Source: Trichinella spiralis
Taxonomy: Eukaryota
Length of the DNA: 64,000 bases
Direction: 5' to 3'
Assembly: GCF_000181795.1 (NCBI RefSeq)
Contig: NW_003526943.1
Coordinates: 4,119,228 to 4,183,227 of the forward strand
Part shown: positions 27,130-40,749 of the stretch, piece after piece
Layout of the letters: each line of letters begins with the position of its first letter
Position numbering within the stretch: the stretch's first letter is position 1
Program-made: the position numbers and the translations under genes
Notes under the pieces: generated by a model
What the model was told of the DNA's origin: nothing
The model's database searches: none
What the model saw: only the letters and a program-made list of their open reading frames with translations

Positions 27130-30100
27130 ACATAGAATTTTGTAAACGAATGGCCTACTCGACTGTTATGCAGCAAGTATCTATCTCGTGGTGTAATGTT
27201 AAGCGAACATTGCGTTTGGAATTTAGGTAATTGATCAATTGATTGCAAAATTGCAAAATGTGTGAATATACTTTCCATTTAGAAAATGTTGATTTATGGA
27301 AAAGATTTAATGAAACAGTCATCGGTGGGGGTAAGATTTGCTTTATTTTTATTGTTAATTTTTGAAAACAAATAAGTTTTATAATAATTTAAAAAGTATT
27401 TAAATAAATATGATGACAGTATGTTTTTGCACCATTGAATTTTTAGGCGAACTTGGTGATAGATTAGTATTGTTTGTTGCAAGCACCGGTTTTTACATGC
27501 TCGAATTCGGCAGAGAGCAGCAGAACATGCGGTAATGTTTTTTTTATATTGTTCAATGAGTTTAATGATTTTTGCTTTTTCCATTTTTCATTTTAGATAC
27601 AATACTACCGAGAACATGATTCGTCGATTGACAATTGCGTTTGTTTTTATTAATTTTTTAATAAAAGGAAGAAATTATTTCATTTGTCATGCTAATTTGA
27701 AAAATTGTCACATTCAGAAACGAACGGCAGCTTGAGAAAATGGCCCGTGATTCGCAGCTTTTTCCACGTTTTCACGCTTCATTTCTTTACTTCCTCGGTC
27801 GTCGTTATGTTAGCTCATTATTATTATTATCAATTTTCTTTTTTTGTATATTGATAATTTTCAGCGCAAATTTATGTTTTTTTCAGGAAAAATGTGAAGA
27901 TTTGATTAAAAAAGCGATACAAAAAGATAGCAAAGAAAAAGATTTGCTTGATCTTCAATATTCAATGTGTCGATTAATTTTGGACACGGATCAGTTTGTT
28001 GTTTGTTTAAATGATTGTAAGTCATTTGTAAAAGTGTATTTTACGAAATGTGATTTTCATTACTTTTTTAGAAAAGAAAATCTTTATTCGTAATTAATAG
28101 ATTAGTATTTTAGATTAATAAGAGTTTGTTTTTTTTTCTATTTCAGCTTTTGAACCAGCTTTTTCTTTGCCTTCGGTATTGAAAGCCAAAGGAAAGGCGT
28201 TGGAACATTTTGCTGATTTTCTCGATTGGAACGTTGTTCATCGTACGGTAAAATAATATAATCATTTAATAATTTAATATTTTAACAAGAAAATATGTTT
28301 GATAAATGAAAATTTGTATTTAAAGTAAAGTTGTTGTTGAAAGTCAGTTCACTTGCAGATACCTGGGCGTGCGACTGCTATGTGCTTGGTAATGTCCAGT
28401 TTGGGTTTGGTGGAATCTGCACTTGTCTTGAATGAAAGCAACAGCAACGAGTAAGCGGATCATAATCATAATTGGTCATGAGATGATCATTTTTGAAATT
28501 TGAAATGCAGAGCTTTGGAGCGAATGTGCACACGCGCCATGCATTCAATAATCAGTGAATCTGAGGACGATTCGATGGCTGACACGTTTATCAAAGATCA
28601 GTTTTTTCAACGGGTTTCTAGAAAATAATCAAATTTATTTTTAGAGATTATTTTAATATTTTATTTTAAAATCAGATAACAAACATGCGGCATTTCATCA
28701 GCGCTTTGGTGGCAGTTGAAGAGCATCAGTTGCAGCATTCGTTGACGCTTGATTCGGACGAAATTGAAGTGCTCTGTTGTAACAGCAGATTATTATTGGT
28801 AAGTGTTAGAACAAAGAAAAAAGGAACAAAATTCCAACCGTTTTTGTTCGTCGATCATCATCAGGCAGTGAGCGAAGCGATGCTTTCGAAACAGCACGAA
28901 GCGTTGGATACATATCCGGCGCCGGATTTGTTTTTGAAGAATTTCTACTCCAAGATGGTAGCCAGCAACGACAGGGACATCCGGATACCGTTGCAGTACC
29001 ATTTTCGACTGTGCCAGTCGTTTGTGCAAGGGCAAGACACCGGCGACCGCTTGAAGAACGATCTGATCGCCATTGCGGAATTGGTTCTTTCGGACCAGCA
29101 ACGAACTCGTCGCTATTTGAAAAACAATGGTCTTCTCGAACAGGCGGCAAAAATTGTCTGGGACACGCCCGAATCGTCCGCCCACGAGATGCTTTTGGCT
29201 TTATGTGAGTCGGGGAGAGGGGTGGGGGAGGGGAGGGGAAATTTCAAATCTTATCTAATGCTTGCTCTGTTGCTTGCTCTTTCAAATTTCCAATCTACAT
29301 GCTGTGCTTTGGTATGTTTGCAGACAACATGGGCAAAACGAAAGAGGCGATCGACATGGCGGAAAAGCATCGAGCTTTCAACATGCTAGCCGAGTTGTGC
29401 AACCGCCATGGCGATATTGCTCTTTTGCAAAGAATGGAAAAGAAATACCACAATGATGGTTTTGGTGATGCTATTATGATGCACTGTGAGCAAAATGGTA
29501 AATGGAAAAAAAATTCACCGCATCTTTTCTACTTGCAAGTGAAATTTGTTTCAGAAGAGTTTGGTATATTGACTGAGTACGCGTTGAGAAATGGACATTT
29601 TGAATTAAAGCCCAAACGAGAATGGCTGATTGGTTGGTACGTGCACTGGCGAAACGAAGATTACACCGAAGTATGAAAGGGATTTTTTGTTTGTTATTTT
29701 TTCTTCTTATTCATCTGCTGTGTTTTGCTGTTTCAAGTGTGCAAGATGGTTGATCAATTTAGCATATCGAGAAGAAGAATATCAAAAAAGACGACAAGTA
29801 CAGTTGAATTTTAATTTTGTTGTTGTTGCATTTCATATTATACGATCATCGGACGTTTAAGACTGTCGTCAACTTGGCCAAGTTGGTTCTCAAATTGAAT
29901 ACCGATGATTCAGATACTGCTGAATTGAAAAAACGTAAATTTTTCTTTCTTAATTTGCTTATCATTTATTGTTTGTTATTCTTTATTTGGAATAACAATT
30001 TCATTTTCAGGTATAGAAGCTTTGGACTATTTGGAAGTTTGTCAAAAAGAACTGTTCGAACAGATGAAAGTAAAATTATTTAAATTGTGAAGATGAAAGA

Positions 30101-30830
30101 ATATTTCACAGTAATTTTCTAGAACACTGAAATGGAACTTGATCTGGAAAGAGCACTTTCAGCACCGGAAATTGTTCTAGTACGTCTGACAATTTTCTAT
30201 TGATTCTTTATCTTTGAAAAAAAAATAATTTTATAGAAACTTGCAAACTGTTGTGGTAACACCGATCCTGCCAGCTTTGCTCGAGTGTTCATTGTCATAA
30301 GCACGATGATCAAAGTGAGCAGTGTTGTTTGACTTTTATTTCAAAGCAATTTTAGTAATTATTTGAAAATTGACTTTGATTTAGTATGATTTGTTGGAAG
30401 AAACGGACCATGCAATCGTTATGGCTTGGTTTTCAGTAGTGAAATTAACCACGTAAGAAGGTTCAGTTTCGGCGTATTTTAAGTTGTAAAAATTGTCTCC
30501 TTGTTTAGATGGCCTAAAGATAATACATTTTCAGAAGATGTTCTTTTCAAAATGCGAAATTCGTTGATTTCAAACGTGCTACAAATGCTTATTACAAGAG
30601 GTAGGAATATATGTATATATATCGAAGAGAATATTTTTCATGTTTTTCATCTTATAGAACCTATGGTCGATATGAACAAATTGTTCAAGAATGTTGACAC
30701 TTTGTTGAGTTTTCCTGAATTTGTAAATTGGGCATGTGAAAATGAAATTTGGGAAACGACTAATCAGTATTTGATCAGTATGCGTGATGAGATGTGTTAT
30801 AGAAAAGTTGACGAGCAAGAAGATTCTTAA
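25185..30830 (+). CDS. NUP133: Nuclear pore complex protein Nup133 (npp-15-like), many short exons
   Basis: N-terminal propeller-like segments VPVFVSEL, CRFSLDGDWVWVI, CYTLSLPRCGLSYNADLV, CISPEGAICYWE; helical C-terminal segments AIDMAEKHRAFNMLAELC, WLIGWYVHW, TVVNLAKL. Exon boundaries only partly resolved. Confidence 0.8.
27080..27130. repeat. (TA)n microsatellite inside a Nup133 intron
   Basis: Two TA runs separated by CATG. Confidence 0.95.
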
Positions 30831-30976
30831 ATTGATTATAAAATACAATAAGCTTGATTATTGTTTTAGCATTAAACAAATTTTATAACAAATCATCTTG
30901 GTTATTTTATATCGGATGAAAAGAAGTTAAATTATAATTTTACTACAGTTGGTGAGTGAGTGTGGAAATTGAGAGG

Positions 30977-33448
30977 CTAAGTTTGGGTAGGTCTGTGAGG
31001 ACTAGAAGTACGCCCCAGTGGCTTGTGCAGTTTGATTCGGTATGATTGTTGTTTTGTTGGCAAAATTGTTGGCTGTTCGTTTTCAGTTTGGGTCTGCGAA
31101 GTGATCATCAAATCGGGATTTTCCTCTACAACTTCCGTTGGAAGGTCGTCAACGCAGGTTTCATCTTCGAATTCCGATTCATCCCCGAACGATTCTTTGC
31201 GTACAAGAAGTCCAATACGTTCGCCGAGCCATCTGGTCTTTTCCACCACGTCGTCTTGCATCAATTTGAAGCACATCGCGATCAACGCCATTCCAAAAAG
31301 CAAATACAACGAACAAATGATCAGCTTTTCCTCCGAACCGCTGTCCAACGACTTTCCAGGAACCATGTCCCCGAATCCTTGAAAAAAAAAGAACGAACTG
31401 GTGTTCAAATTTGAAACGATCAAATAGTATATGGTTCAGATTACCGATCGTGGTCAGAGTGACGAAAGAGAAATAGGCTCCGTCGAAAACGTTCCAATTT
31501 TCCCAGACGGCAAACAGCACCGCCCCGCCGATGATAAAAAATACAACAGTCAAAATGCCCACAGAGACGGGGACTTTTTCATATTTCAATTGTGCATGGG
31601 CTTTTCTTGTTGGTTTTGAGGGGATGAAATCTTCCACCGACCGGGAGAAGTCGACTTGCATCTCACGCAGCCGATTGCAGCAGCAATCATTATCCGAGTG
31701 GATTTTTTCCACACGGACGTTCCCTTCAGAATCCAATGGTTCGTCGTCGTCGTCGCCGTCGTCGTCGTTGTCGCCTTCGTTTGTGTAGTTCCAGTGAAAA
31801 TGAGTTTCATTGTTGTTGCTGATTATGATTGTCGGCAGTTGCATTGTATTAGCCTGAAATGGAAAAGCAGAAAATGAATAAAAAAAGAAGAAGAAAAAAA
31901 AATCCCCTTCTCAACCCGACCACGCCCTCCACTGACCACGTTGTTTGGCAAATCGACCGCCGCTTTTCTTTTGAATGAAAATTTTCGCTTCCAATCCGAC
32001 GATTCCGCCTGCTCGTCGTCGTACGTGTTGCTGACGTTCTTTTCGGATTTCGCCTGGCCGAATCGATTCATCCTTTGCCAAGATTCGTTCGGAAACGTCG
32101 ACACATGCCTCAGCTGAGGCGACAACAGACCGCGGATATCCGCCGGTGATTCTAAATTAATTCAACACTTTTTTCAACATTTTCAAATTTGTTTTCCAAA
32201 TTTTTTTCCTCCCCCTCCTCTTATTATTTATTTATTTATTTAAATGAAGAAGAACATTTTTTTTTGCTTCTGCTTACTCATCTTAGGTATGGTGCTGCTG
32301 TATTTTACTGATGCGCTTGTTTTTTTCATCAAAGATTTTCGCTTTTTCCATCGACAGTAAAAACAGCACACCCTGGAATAGATGAAAGTGAAAAGTCTTG
32401 CGAGTGAATCTGCAATATTGGCCAGGCAGAGTAGCATCAACGGAATCCCAATCATCGCGTACAAAATTGTAATCGCTCTTCCCAGTTTCGTTTTCGGGCA
32501 TATATGTCCGTAGCCTAAAATTTAAATTTTCTATTAATTGCAACAATTTGTATGTTTGTGTGTACTGAAAAGAAAAATCTCATCACCAATGGTCGTAAAT
32601 ACGGTAATCGAATAGAGCAGTGCACCAAAATAAGTCCACTGATATTTCACCATCTCATCCTCTCCGTCGTAGCCTTCAAAATTGACCGCATGCATTAGCT
32701 TTGTTTCGTAATCTTTAAGCAAACTGTCGGCGAGATTCATCCATTCTCTTGGATTCAATACGGCTTGTTTTTTTGTATAACTCAGCAGTTCTTGTAAAAT
32801 CTGTGTAAATTTTTGTGTGAAAACCATTTTAAATTATTTTTTCAACCTGAAACAATTGTATTTTTACATGATCACTGTCGTTTTTCATGTGGCCTTGGAT
32901 GTCTTGCTCGAGCGGAAATTCGATAGCTCGAAACACAACAGCACCGACAATTGCATAACAAGTAACCAAACTGCATAATCCAACATGGGAAAAAAGAAGG
33001 CTAATCACCTTTTATATGTATGAAAAAAGAAAACGGATTTTAATCACTAATATATAATTAGTTGAGATTTAATTTGAAAAATAAATTTTTTCAATTAAAT
33101 AAAAGTTCACTAATTTGATATAAACCAACCAACCCATCGAATGCAATGTATTTGTTGCTTTGCTGAATAAACTTACTACTTATTCAATTACATTTGACTG
33201 ATATACATTTCTTACAAATATTATCATATGGATGGATAATGAATAAATAAATTGCTGCACAATGAAAATTATCCATTATTTGCCTGACACTGATTGAGAA
33301 ACAACTCATTTTATAACAAAAACGGATAATTTTCAAATCAATTTCATTTCAATAAACAAAATTGCAATTCGTTTTAAAATGCGTTGTTGTTTACCTTTAA
33401 AAAACATCGTTTAGTTCCAACAACACAAGCGAAACAGTGACGATTCAT
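30977..33448 (-). CDS. Two-pore-domain potassium channel (TWK/KCNK family), ~7 exons
   Basis: M1 [27 protein letters not shown]1 [27 protein letters not shown]2 [18 protein letters not shown]2 [26 protein letters not shown]4 [17 protein letters not shown]. First exon [18 protein letters not shown] (33448-33395) has an upstream in-frame stop. Confidence 0.92.
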
Positions 33449-35188
33449 TGAATTGAATTGAATGCGACTTTGTTGTTTAGATTTTGTTGTTTAATCAGCA
33501 AGTTTGAGTGCTGGACGAAAGCTAAATTATGCCAAACGGAACTGCTAACGGCTTGCAACAAGTCTGGGTGTGGTCAGTTTGCCGAAAATCGACAGAACGA
33601 CGGTCAATCAATAGGCTCTTTGATAGTCGACAATTTGCTCGCTTGGGATTTGTTGGATTTTAATGAAATCTTCCAGTCACTGCTATGTATGGATTTTTCA
33701 CGCTCTATTGCCATTTGTTCAACCAAATGCTCTTGAAAATAAACACTACAAACAGTGAAACCAAATTGTCAGCTTATTAAAAAAACAATTATCAACATAC
33801 TATATTTATTTTGGCTTTTTTTTCTTCTCAAATAATAATAATTGTGCGTATGCATGAAATTTACAAATTGAATTACACTTTTTGCAGGTATCTATAAGCT
33901 GTAAATATTAGTATAGAAATTTCATCAGAAAACAAAAGCTGTCCAAAGTAAAAAAAAAGTTCCTTGATTCTTATACAACAAACAAAAATAATAATTTCTC
34001 ACCGAATTCTATTTCTTTTTAGAATGACAATTTTTACTCTTAAATGACACTTTCACTACTAGGAATCCGAGAACAAAAATTCTGAAAGCAACACCTTCAA
34101 TCTTAAATAAAAGCAATATTTTATTATATGTCCTTACAATTCCTAAATTTCACAAGCACATATCCCTTTAAATTCAGATTCATGATATGATCGCAATTTC
34201 AAAGCTAGTAACTAGTACAGATTCACAATTATTGAGTTTTATGCTTTTAATCATAAAATACTTATTATTTTCAAATATTTAATTTGCACTAGGATTATTT
34301 TAAATTCAAGAAAATTACTTGAACAACAATATTTTGTTGATGAGTTTGGATTCGCAATATTACCATAAAAATGCCTACAGTTTTGATTTCCCTTTTAAAA
34401 TAAAATGTCGTGTTCAAATTTCAGTTATCACAACATTAGCATTTTTAATAATGAAAATATCATTATGCAATGCCTTCTATATGTAATTTATAAAAATACA
34501 GTAAGCACCTAGCAAAAAATTGTTTTTATAAAATGAACTGAATTGATATATGTAAATGTCGTCACCTGATTTATCATAGTTTTTTACCTAAAGTAATATA
34601 TACACATAAAATTCAATCAATTACTGAATGAAACAAACAGTAATTTAATGTCATGAAAACAATAAACTTATACCAGAAATATCTAATTATTCCAAAATAA
34701 TTTTCACATTTTATTAACCAATTTATGCAATGATTTATTATTTTATAAACCTATTTTCATTACTTCAGTTATATTTAAACAGTTAATATACTTAATTATT
34801 TCATCATACTGTAGTGGAAAAAATTAAAGTATTGCTGAAATATAAAACAAAGACATTTTCACATTAAAAAATGTTTTTATAAAATAAATCAGAAACTGCT
34901 TATAACGTATTTACAGGAAAACAAATACGTAATGACAAACTTGCACGTGTTCAAAATAGTTACAATTTTATATGCTTTTATTTTACGGATAATTTTTCAT
35001 CACACTGCAGTTTTAACAATAAAACAAATTTGAAATTACAGCAACAGCGTCTACGCCGCAGTTATGATACTTTTATTTTTGAATGTAAAAATGAATGACT
35101 ATAAAAGAATTTTAAAGTTTCAAATTTTACTGACGATAATATCATTAAATCAGCAGACAGTTCATAAAACAGTTTAAGTGCCCGAAGC

Positions 35189-35482
35189 TCAAAATAACAG
35201 TCCTGAACCACCATGCTGCTGCTGATAGACATCAATCATGTCATTATCCTCCATATTCAATTCCTTCGGTGTTTTCGTATCGTCCAAACGACTGCCATCA
35301 AAAACAAAACGAAGACTGCCTAGCCCGATCCCAGTACGTTCCGAATATGCTTTCATAAGTTTGATCAGCGGCATGTCCATTTTTACTCGAAACGTAACTT
35401 CTTTACTGTCTTGTGAAACTACGCGCAATTGAATAAAATCAGATTGCACATTGTTCGCTTCAGATTCAGCGTCGTTTGCCAT
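35189..35482 (-). CDS. SUMO: Small ubiquitin-like modifier (SUMO) precursor, intronless CDS
   Basis: IQLRVVSQDSKEVTFRVKMDMPLIKLMKAYSER, LRFVFDGSRL, TPKELNMEDNDMIDVYQQQHGG followed by a 5-residue pro-tail SGLLF. Confidence 0.95.
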   Translation of the reverse strand: MANDAESEANNVQSDFIQLRVVSQDSKEVTFRVKMDMPLIKLMKAYSERTGIGLGSLRFVFDGSRLDDTKTPKELNMEDNDMIDVYQQQHGGSGLLF

Positions 35483-36550
35483 AATCTATAAAATTTAGCT
35501 AAGCATTTCCAAATTCATCTGTTAATCTTTTAAAAAGTATATGTTATAGGTTAACGTTAGAAACTGAATATACAGAACCAAAATAACTATAGAAATCAAA
35601 TTCAAATCAAAATAATAAAATTGAATTCACACAAAATTATTCTTATTCTACCAGTTTCACTACCCAAATCAAGAGGAAGTTAACAATCATTTAAGATCAC
35701 CTATCCGTTTTAAAATCTCTTAATCATTTCTAAAAATTAAATAAAAATATAACACATTATAATAAGAATTTATGACGGCATTATACATATTAATAAAACA
35801 TTTCCTTACTCACTGATCACAATTTTTAAGTTCGAAACCGTCACAATAAGCTACAAAAATAAGCAGGAATGCTGCCTATGCTCTCCTTTCACTAAAATAT
35901 AATAGTACTCAGGTTAGTATAGAGAATGAAAACAATAAACAGTTAAAAGAATACTATTTAAAATTTCCAAATAATACTTTAAATAAATAATTAAAATTTT
36001 ACTAAGGAATATCTATTTTTTACTTCTTCCAAACTGAAAACTCTTCAAATTGTATCATAGGAAAGAAAACGTTACTGTAATTACAGTAAACATTTTTCGT
36101 TGCGTATAATTTTTTAAACATTTTTCTTTCAAAAATTATTAAAACTTACTTGTTTAATTAAAATACTATTTCATCTACAATTAAATATTATTATACACTG
36201 CAATTTATTCATAATTAAAAAATTCATAATTGCTACACTGACATAAAAAAATCGCATATGCACAAACATAATAAAAAATACAAACAAATTGAATAATTAA
36301 GAGTATAATTCACTTAACAGCTATTAAAAATAGATTACTATAAGCAAAAATGCGAACAGATTAATAATGTAACCTACATAAAACTAAAAAATAAAAGAAA
36401 ATTCATTTTAAAATCTTTAAATAATTATAAATTAAAATATTTGTATTTTTTGAAACAGTTTTTGCAAATTTAGGCAATTTGGATAGGTAGCATATGATGT
36501 TTTTCTTACTTGAATTTCAGAAGTTTGAATATACAGTCGGATTTTTAAAG

Positions 36551-37807
36551 ATGAATATTGGTTTCTACGGTTGTTATTTGTTAGTTAGTGAATCCGAAAA
36601 GCCGCTGTACCGAGGGAAATGTTACGTTGGCTTTACAGTGAACCCAGAAAGAAGAATTAAGCAGCATAACAGAGGAAGCCGATATGGAGGTGCTTGGCGA
36701 ACAAGCAATCGAGGTCCATGGTAAGAAATCACGAATTTTTTAAACCATTCATCATTTCCATATTAATATTGTTAATGTTAATTTTGCACCTTCTTGCTTA
36801 GTAACAGTCTAATTGTTTAAATTAAGTTAAGAGCGTTAAACACTGCTACATCTGTTAAGATGATACAAATAATTTATCAATAATGGTTTATTATTATTTT
36901 ATTAGCGTTCCTCATGGCCTAAATGCTATTTTAAGTAAATTTATGTTGAGTAATTTATTTCAGTTGTGTGACAGATCGTTAAATTGAAATAACTGATTTT
37001 CTTAAATCCATTTAGTAATGATTTTATTTCAATTTTAATAGTTTTTTACGTTCCTGTCATTTTATTATATTTAGGGAAATGGTTCTGGTTGTACATGGAT
37101 TTCCAAATGAAATTTGCGCCCTAAGGGTATGCAAAATACTCGTTTTTTTGAAGAGTACATTGAATTTGAATTTCAGTTTGAATGGGCATGGCAACATCCA
37201 GATCGCTCACGTCGATTGCGAGTACTGAAGTTAAGGAAACGTCAAAAAGAAAGTGCTCTTGATCATCATATAAAAATTCTTTGTCACATGCTTAACGTAG
37301 GACCATGGAATCGGCTTCCTTTGACCGTTAGATGGCTATGCGAAGTAAGTTTATGTACGATGTTGCTAAATGTGTAATGTTGGATGTTTCAGAAATATGA
37401 AACAATGCTAAAAAATACTATAGTTACTCCGCCGCATATAGAAGTTATCAGTGGGCCACTAAATACTGGAGATAGAAGTGAGGTGGAGAATTATGACTTT
37501 ACGCTTTCGGACGCTTGCAAACTTTGCTACAATTCTGTTATGCAAGTAATATTATTCTGATCATTGTTTTATAAAATTTATTTTGTAACATTTTAAAATA
37601 TTTGTCTAGGGTTCTTTGCTGACTTGCGTCGATCAACGCTGCCGTGCTAATTTTCACATAATTTGTTTGGCAAATGAATTTCGTAAAAGTGAAGCTCAGT
37701 TTGTTATCCCTGTTATTGGTGTTTGTCCGAATTGTAAAACACAATTAAAATGGGGAACACTTGTATCCAAAAATATGATAAGAATACGTGATGAAAAATT
37801 TAACTGA
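36551..37807 (+). CDS. SLX1: Structure-specific endonuclease subunit SLX1 (GIY-YIG nuclease with C-terminal zinc finger), 5 exons
   Basis: FYGCYLL...[16 protein letters not shown]...[50 protein letters not shown], and the C-terminal CKLC...C...C...HIICLA...CPNC motif. Confidence 0.95.
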
Positions 37808-38929
37808 AATTTACTGAATTTATAGAACATTTATTGTTTACTGGAATCCCGCAGAATTTTTCTGTTGCCCCCTTCGTTCTCTTATTGGACTAAGATTTTC
37901 ATTGCCTCTATTTGTTCAGTGGTTCGATAGGGTTTTAGTATGTATGATTCGCATCTTCTGTAAATACTTTTCACGAGGCGGGATTTCAGTAATTCATAAT
38001 TTGTAACATTCCGCAATCTTGAATGGCTACGAAATTTTGCATTTCATTGGGAAAAAAATTTTTTTACAATTTTCATAACATCATCGGTGGAAATTATTTT
38101 TACATTTCATTAAAATGTTTATAACTCATATATATGAAGTTTTATCATTTCTAGAAATATTCTATTTTTATACTTCACTCATTGTGCATTAAAATTTTAT
38201 TGAGTAGTATTTTTTAACAAACATTATGATATCGCATATTTAATTTTTAAAGAAAAACTGAATTTTTAGATTGATATAAAAAAGGGAGGTGCTGTTCATA
38301 TAGACGCAGCGCAGCACTAAATGGTGCCAAACAAATAAGTTGATAAAAAGCAAACTTTTTGAAAAAAACAGATATTTTCGTCGGTGCCATTTACAGCTTT
38401 CTTTCTGTTAGCATCCTCAAAGTGGTTTACTTTTATCACGCCGAATGCATAAATGCTGTTCAGAAGAATCCCAACCCTAACAGTTGCTCTGCTTCTCAGA
38501 TAAATTACATTTTAGCTAGCAATTAAATGAGATTTATGCACAAGATGCTTTTCCGTTTGTCAGAAAATATTCTGATGATTAGCTCAAGGCGATTGTAATA
38601 CAATGGAAAAATCAACAAGTGATGAATTGTCCACAGCTGCAGTTGTCAGCTAAAACTAGGCGTGGCAACTGCTAATTTGTTAGCATTTAAATACTTTTCT
38701 AATTTCATGCTGACTGTTCTCTAAAAATCTCTTCTGATAGCAATCAAAGAATTTTATTTTCAACTTCAGAAAGTTTTCACTTCCTTCATCAGTGTTATTG
38801 TTTAAATTCGTATATTTTATTTAAATAAAAAAATTAAAAATTTCAATATTATTTACAAATCAAATAACAAATTTATTTATATATTTGCTGTAAATTGTAA
38901 ACTTTCTGTTTCAACATCTGAACGAAACC

Positions 38930-38962
38930 NNNNNNNNNNNNNNNNNNNNNNNNNNNNNNNNN
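38930..38962. other. Assembly gap (33 N)
   Basis: Run of N. Confidence 1.
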
Positions 38963-38971
38963 GGTGGATTC

Positions 38972-39094
38972 GTCAATCTTTGTTGTATTGGTTTTCATTT
39001 TATTTGGCCGTGAAGTCTTTGTCGTAATGGTTTTCTTTGTCTAATTCCTCAGTGAAGTCTTTGTCGCATTGGTTTTTTTTGTCTAATTGCTCAT
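38972..39094. repeat. About three imperfect ~40-43-bp tandem repeats abutting the gap
   Basis: Units GTGAAGTCTTTGTCGYAWTGGTTTTYTTTGTCTAATTSCTCA at 39010 and 39052, with a more degenerate unit at 38972. Confidence 0.8.
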
Positions 39095-39114
39095 TGATTC
39101 AAACTCTTCAGTTG

Positions 39115-39400
39115 TGATTAAGATTTGACGGTCCAATAAAATAGCGTGGGTAATGACCAATGAGAGAAAAGCGGGACCGAGTAGTACCAAACCATGATGA
39201 GGAAGCTGCCGCCGCATCCGCCGAGCCATCCACATTTGGCCACTTTCCGCCCTTTAAACGGGTACAGTCCACGATGTACAACAACCGGGCAAAGCGATAC
39301 CGAAAACTGCCCAGTCATCGTCAAGACCTGCAAATCCCAGCCCTCTTCAGGACAACAAAGGTCGGTGATGATTTTTTATTGTGGCAGAGTGCATCGAGGG
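39115..39400 (+). mobile_element. Mutator-like (MULE) transposase fragment
   Basis: DEEAAAASAEPSTFGHFPPFKRVQSTMYNNRAKRYRKLPSHRQDLQIPALFRTTKVGDDFLLWQSASR resembles the segment preceding the DGTF catalytic motif of FLYWCH/MULE transposases; truncated at both ends. Confidence 0.75.
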
Positions 39401-40749
39401 ATACTAATGTTGATAATGCAGAAAACTTTGACGACCATCGTAATCGATTGAATACAAATTTTTTTTCCTTAAAAATTTAACATTTGTGCGATCATTCACT
39501 TTTTTTCTTTTCTTCGCACGTTACTTGTCTGTTCAGTTATATTGAACGTTGAGAAATTTCATCTCAAAGTATCTGAAAATGAACCTTGTTTGCTATACCT
39601 CAGAATAATGATATTTCATTAAAAGCACTTTGTTCTTAACATATGAAAGGTTCAAGTTTCAAAAATACAATTCGCATTAATTTGATAATGAAGCAATAAA
39701 TCTAAAATATATAAAGTTAATATATGTAATAGTTTCATCAAAATTATATTTATGCAACCCAGATGGCAGTTCAGCTTACTGACTAACGAAATAATTTAAA
39801 TCAAAGTGCTATATTAAACATTTAAAAATATCGCTTACTGTTAATAATTTGCATGTAAAAAACATTTTTATGTAAAATATAATTTATTAATGCAAAAGTG
39901 TGATAAAAAAAATTCTATTAGTAATAGAATAAAAGCCGCTTATCTTAATGCGTATTTGGTTAAACTAAGGATTAACTATTCAGGATTAAATATAAAATAT
40001 AAATTGACTGTATGTTATATCATTTTTACATATTCCCTTTGTACATAGATTCTATAAATTCTTGTAAATGTTTGTTTTATATGGTTGTCTTTTAAGCTAA
40101 ACACATTATTATTAAAATAAAAGAAACAGAGACATGATCTGAATTTTCCATTTTATAGCCATGTCTATTATTTGTATCAAGCATGAAGTGAAATTTTCAT
40201 GTTTGTAAAAAAGCTAGACACTAACAACTTAGGATGATCTATTTCGAACCAAATTTTTACCGCCTTTTTTTACTGGTCGTTTTACGCGCTATCTTATTGG
40301 ACCTTCATACCGTATTCTTATTGGTTTCAATTTCCTGATTGCCCATTGCTTATTGCTTTAACATTAGTAGCGAAAATTTTTATTATTCCAAAATTACATC
40401 AGTTTGTTTTTATTAAAATTTATGAATTTTTATCATTCGTATAAATTTTGTTTTCTTAATATATTATTTGTGGTGGTTTCTACTTTTCAGTGATCAGCAT
40501 TTTCAAAAATTATTTTTATCATTGTTCTAAATTTCATTGTACCACAGTGACGTTACATCAAATGTGATAGTAATAACTCAAGAAAAACAACACAGAAAAT
40601 AATAAGCTAAACAGTGATTTTTATTTTTCGCTATCCAACAGCAACAATAACAATAATAAAGAACAGCCAAATTAAAATAATCACTAATTACAAGGAACAC
40701 ACACAATAATACTTTTGAACACCTCCAATATTTCTTCTCTTTGCCGGTG

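Noticed and set aside
28685..29389. 234-aa ORF as a separate gene
   Set aside because: Read-through of Nup133 exons and stop-free introns.
37915..37935. GGTTCGA B-box-like motif suggesting a tRNA
   Set aside because: No cloverleaf stems or A-box around it.
38972..39094. CRISPR-like repeat array
   Set aside because: Eukaryotic context, head-to-tail units without unique spacers, no cas genes.
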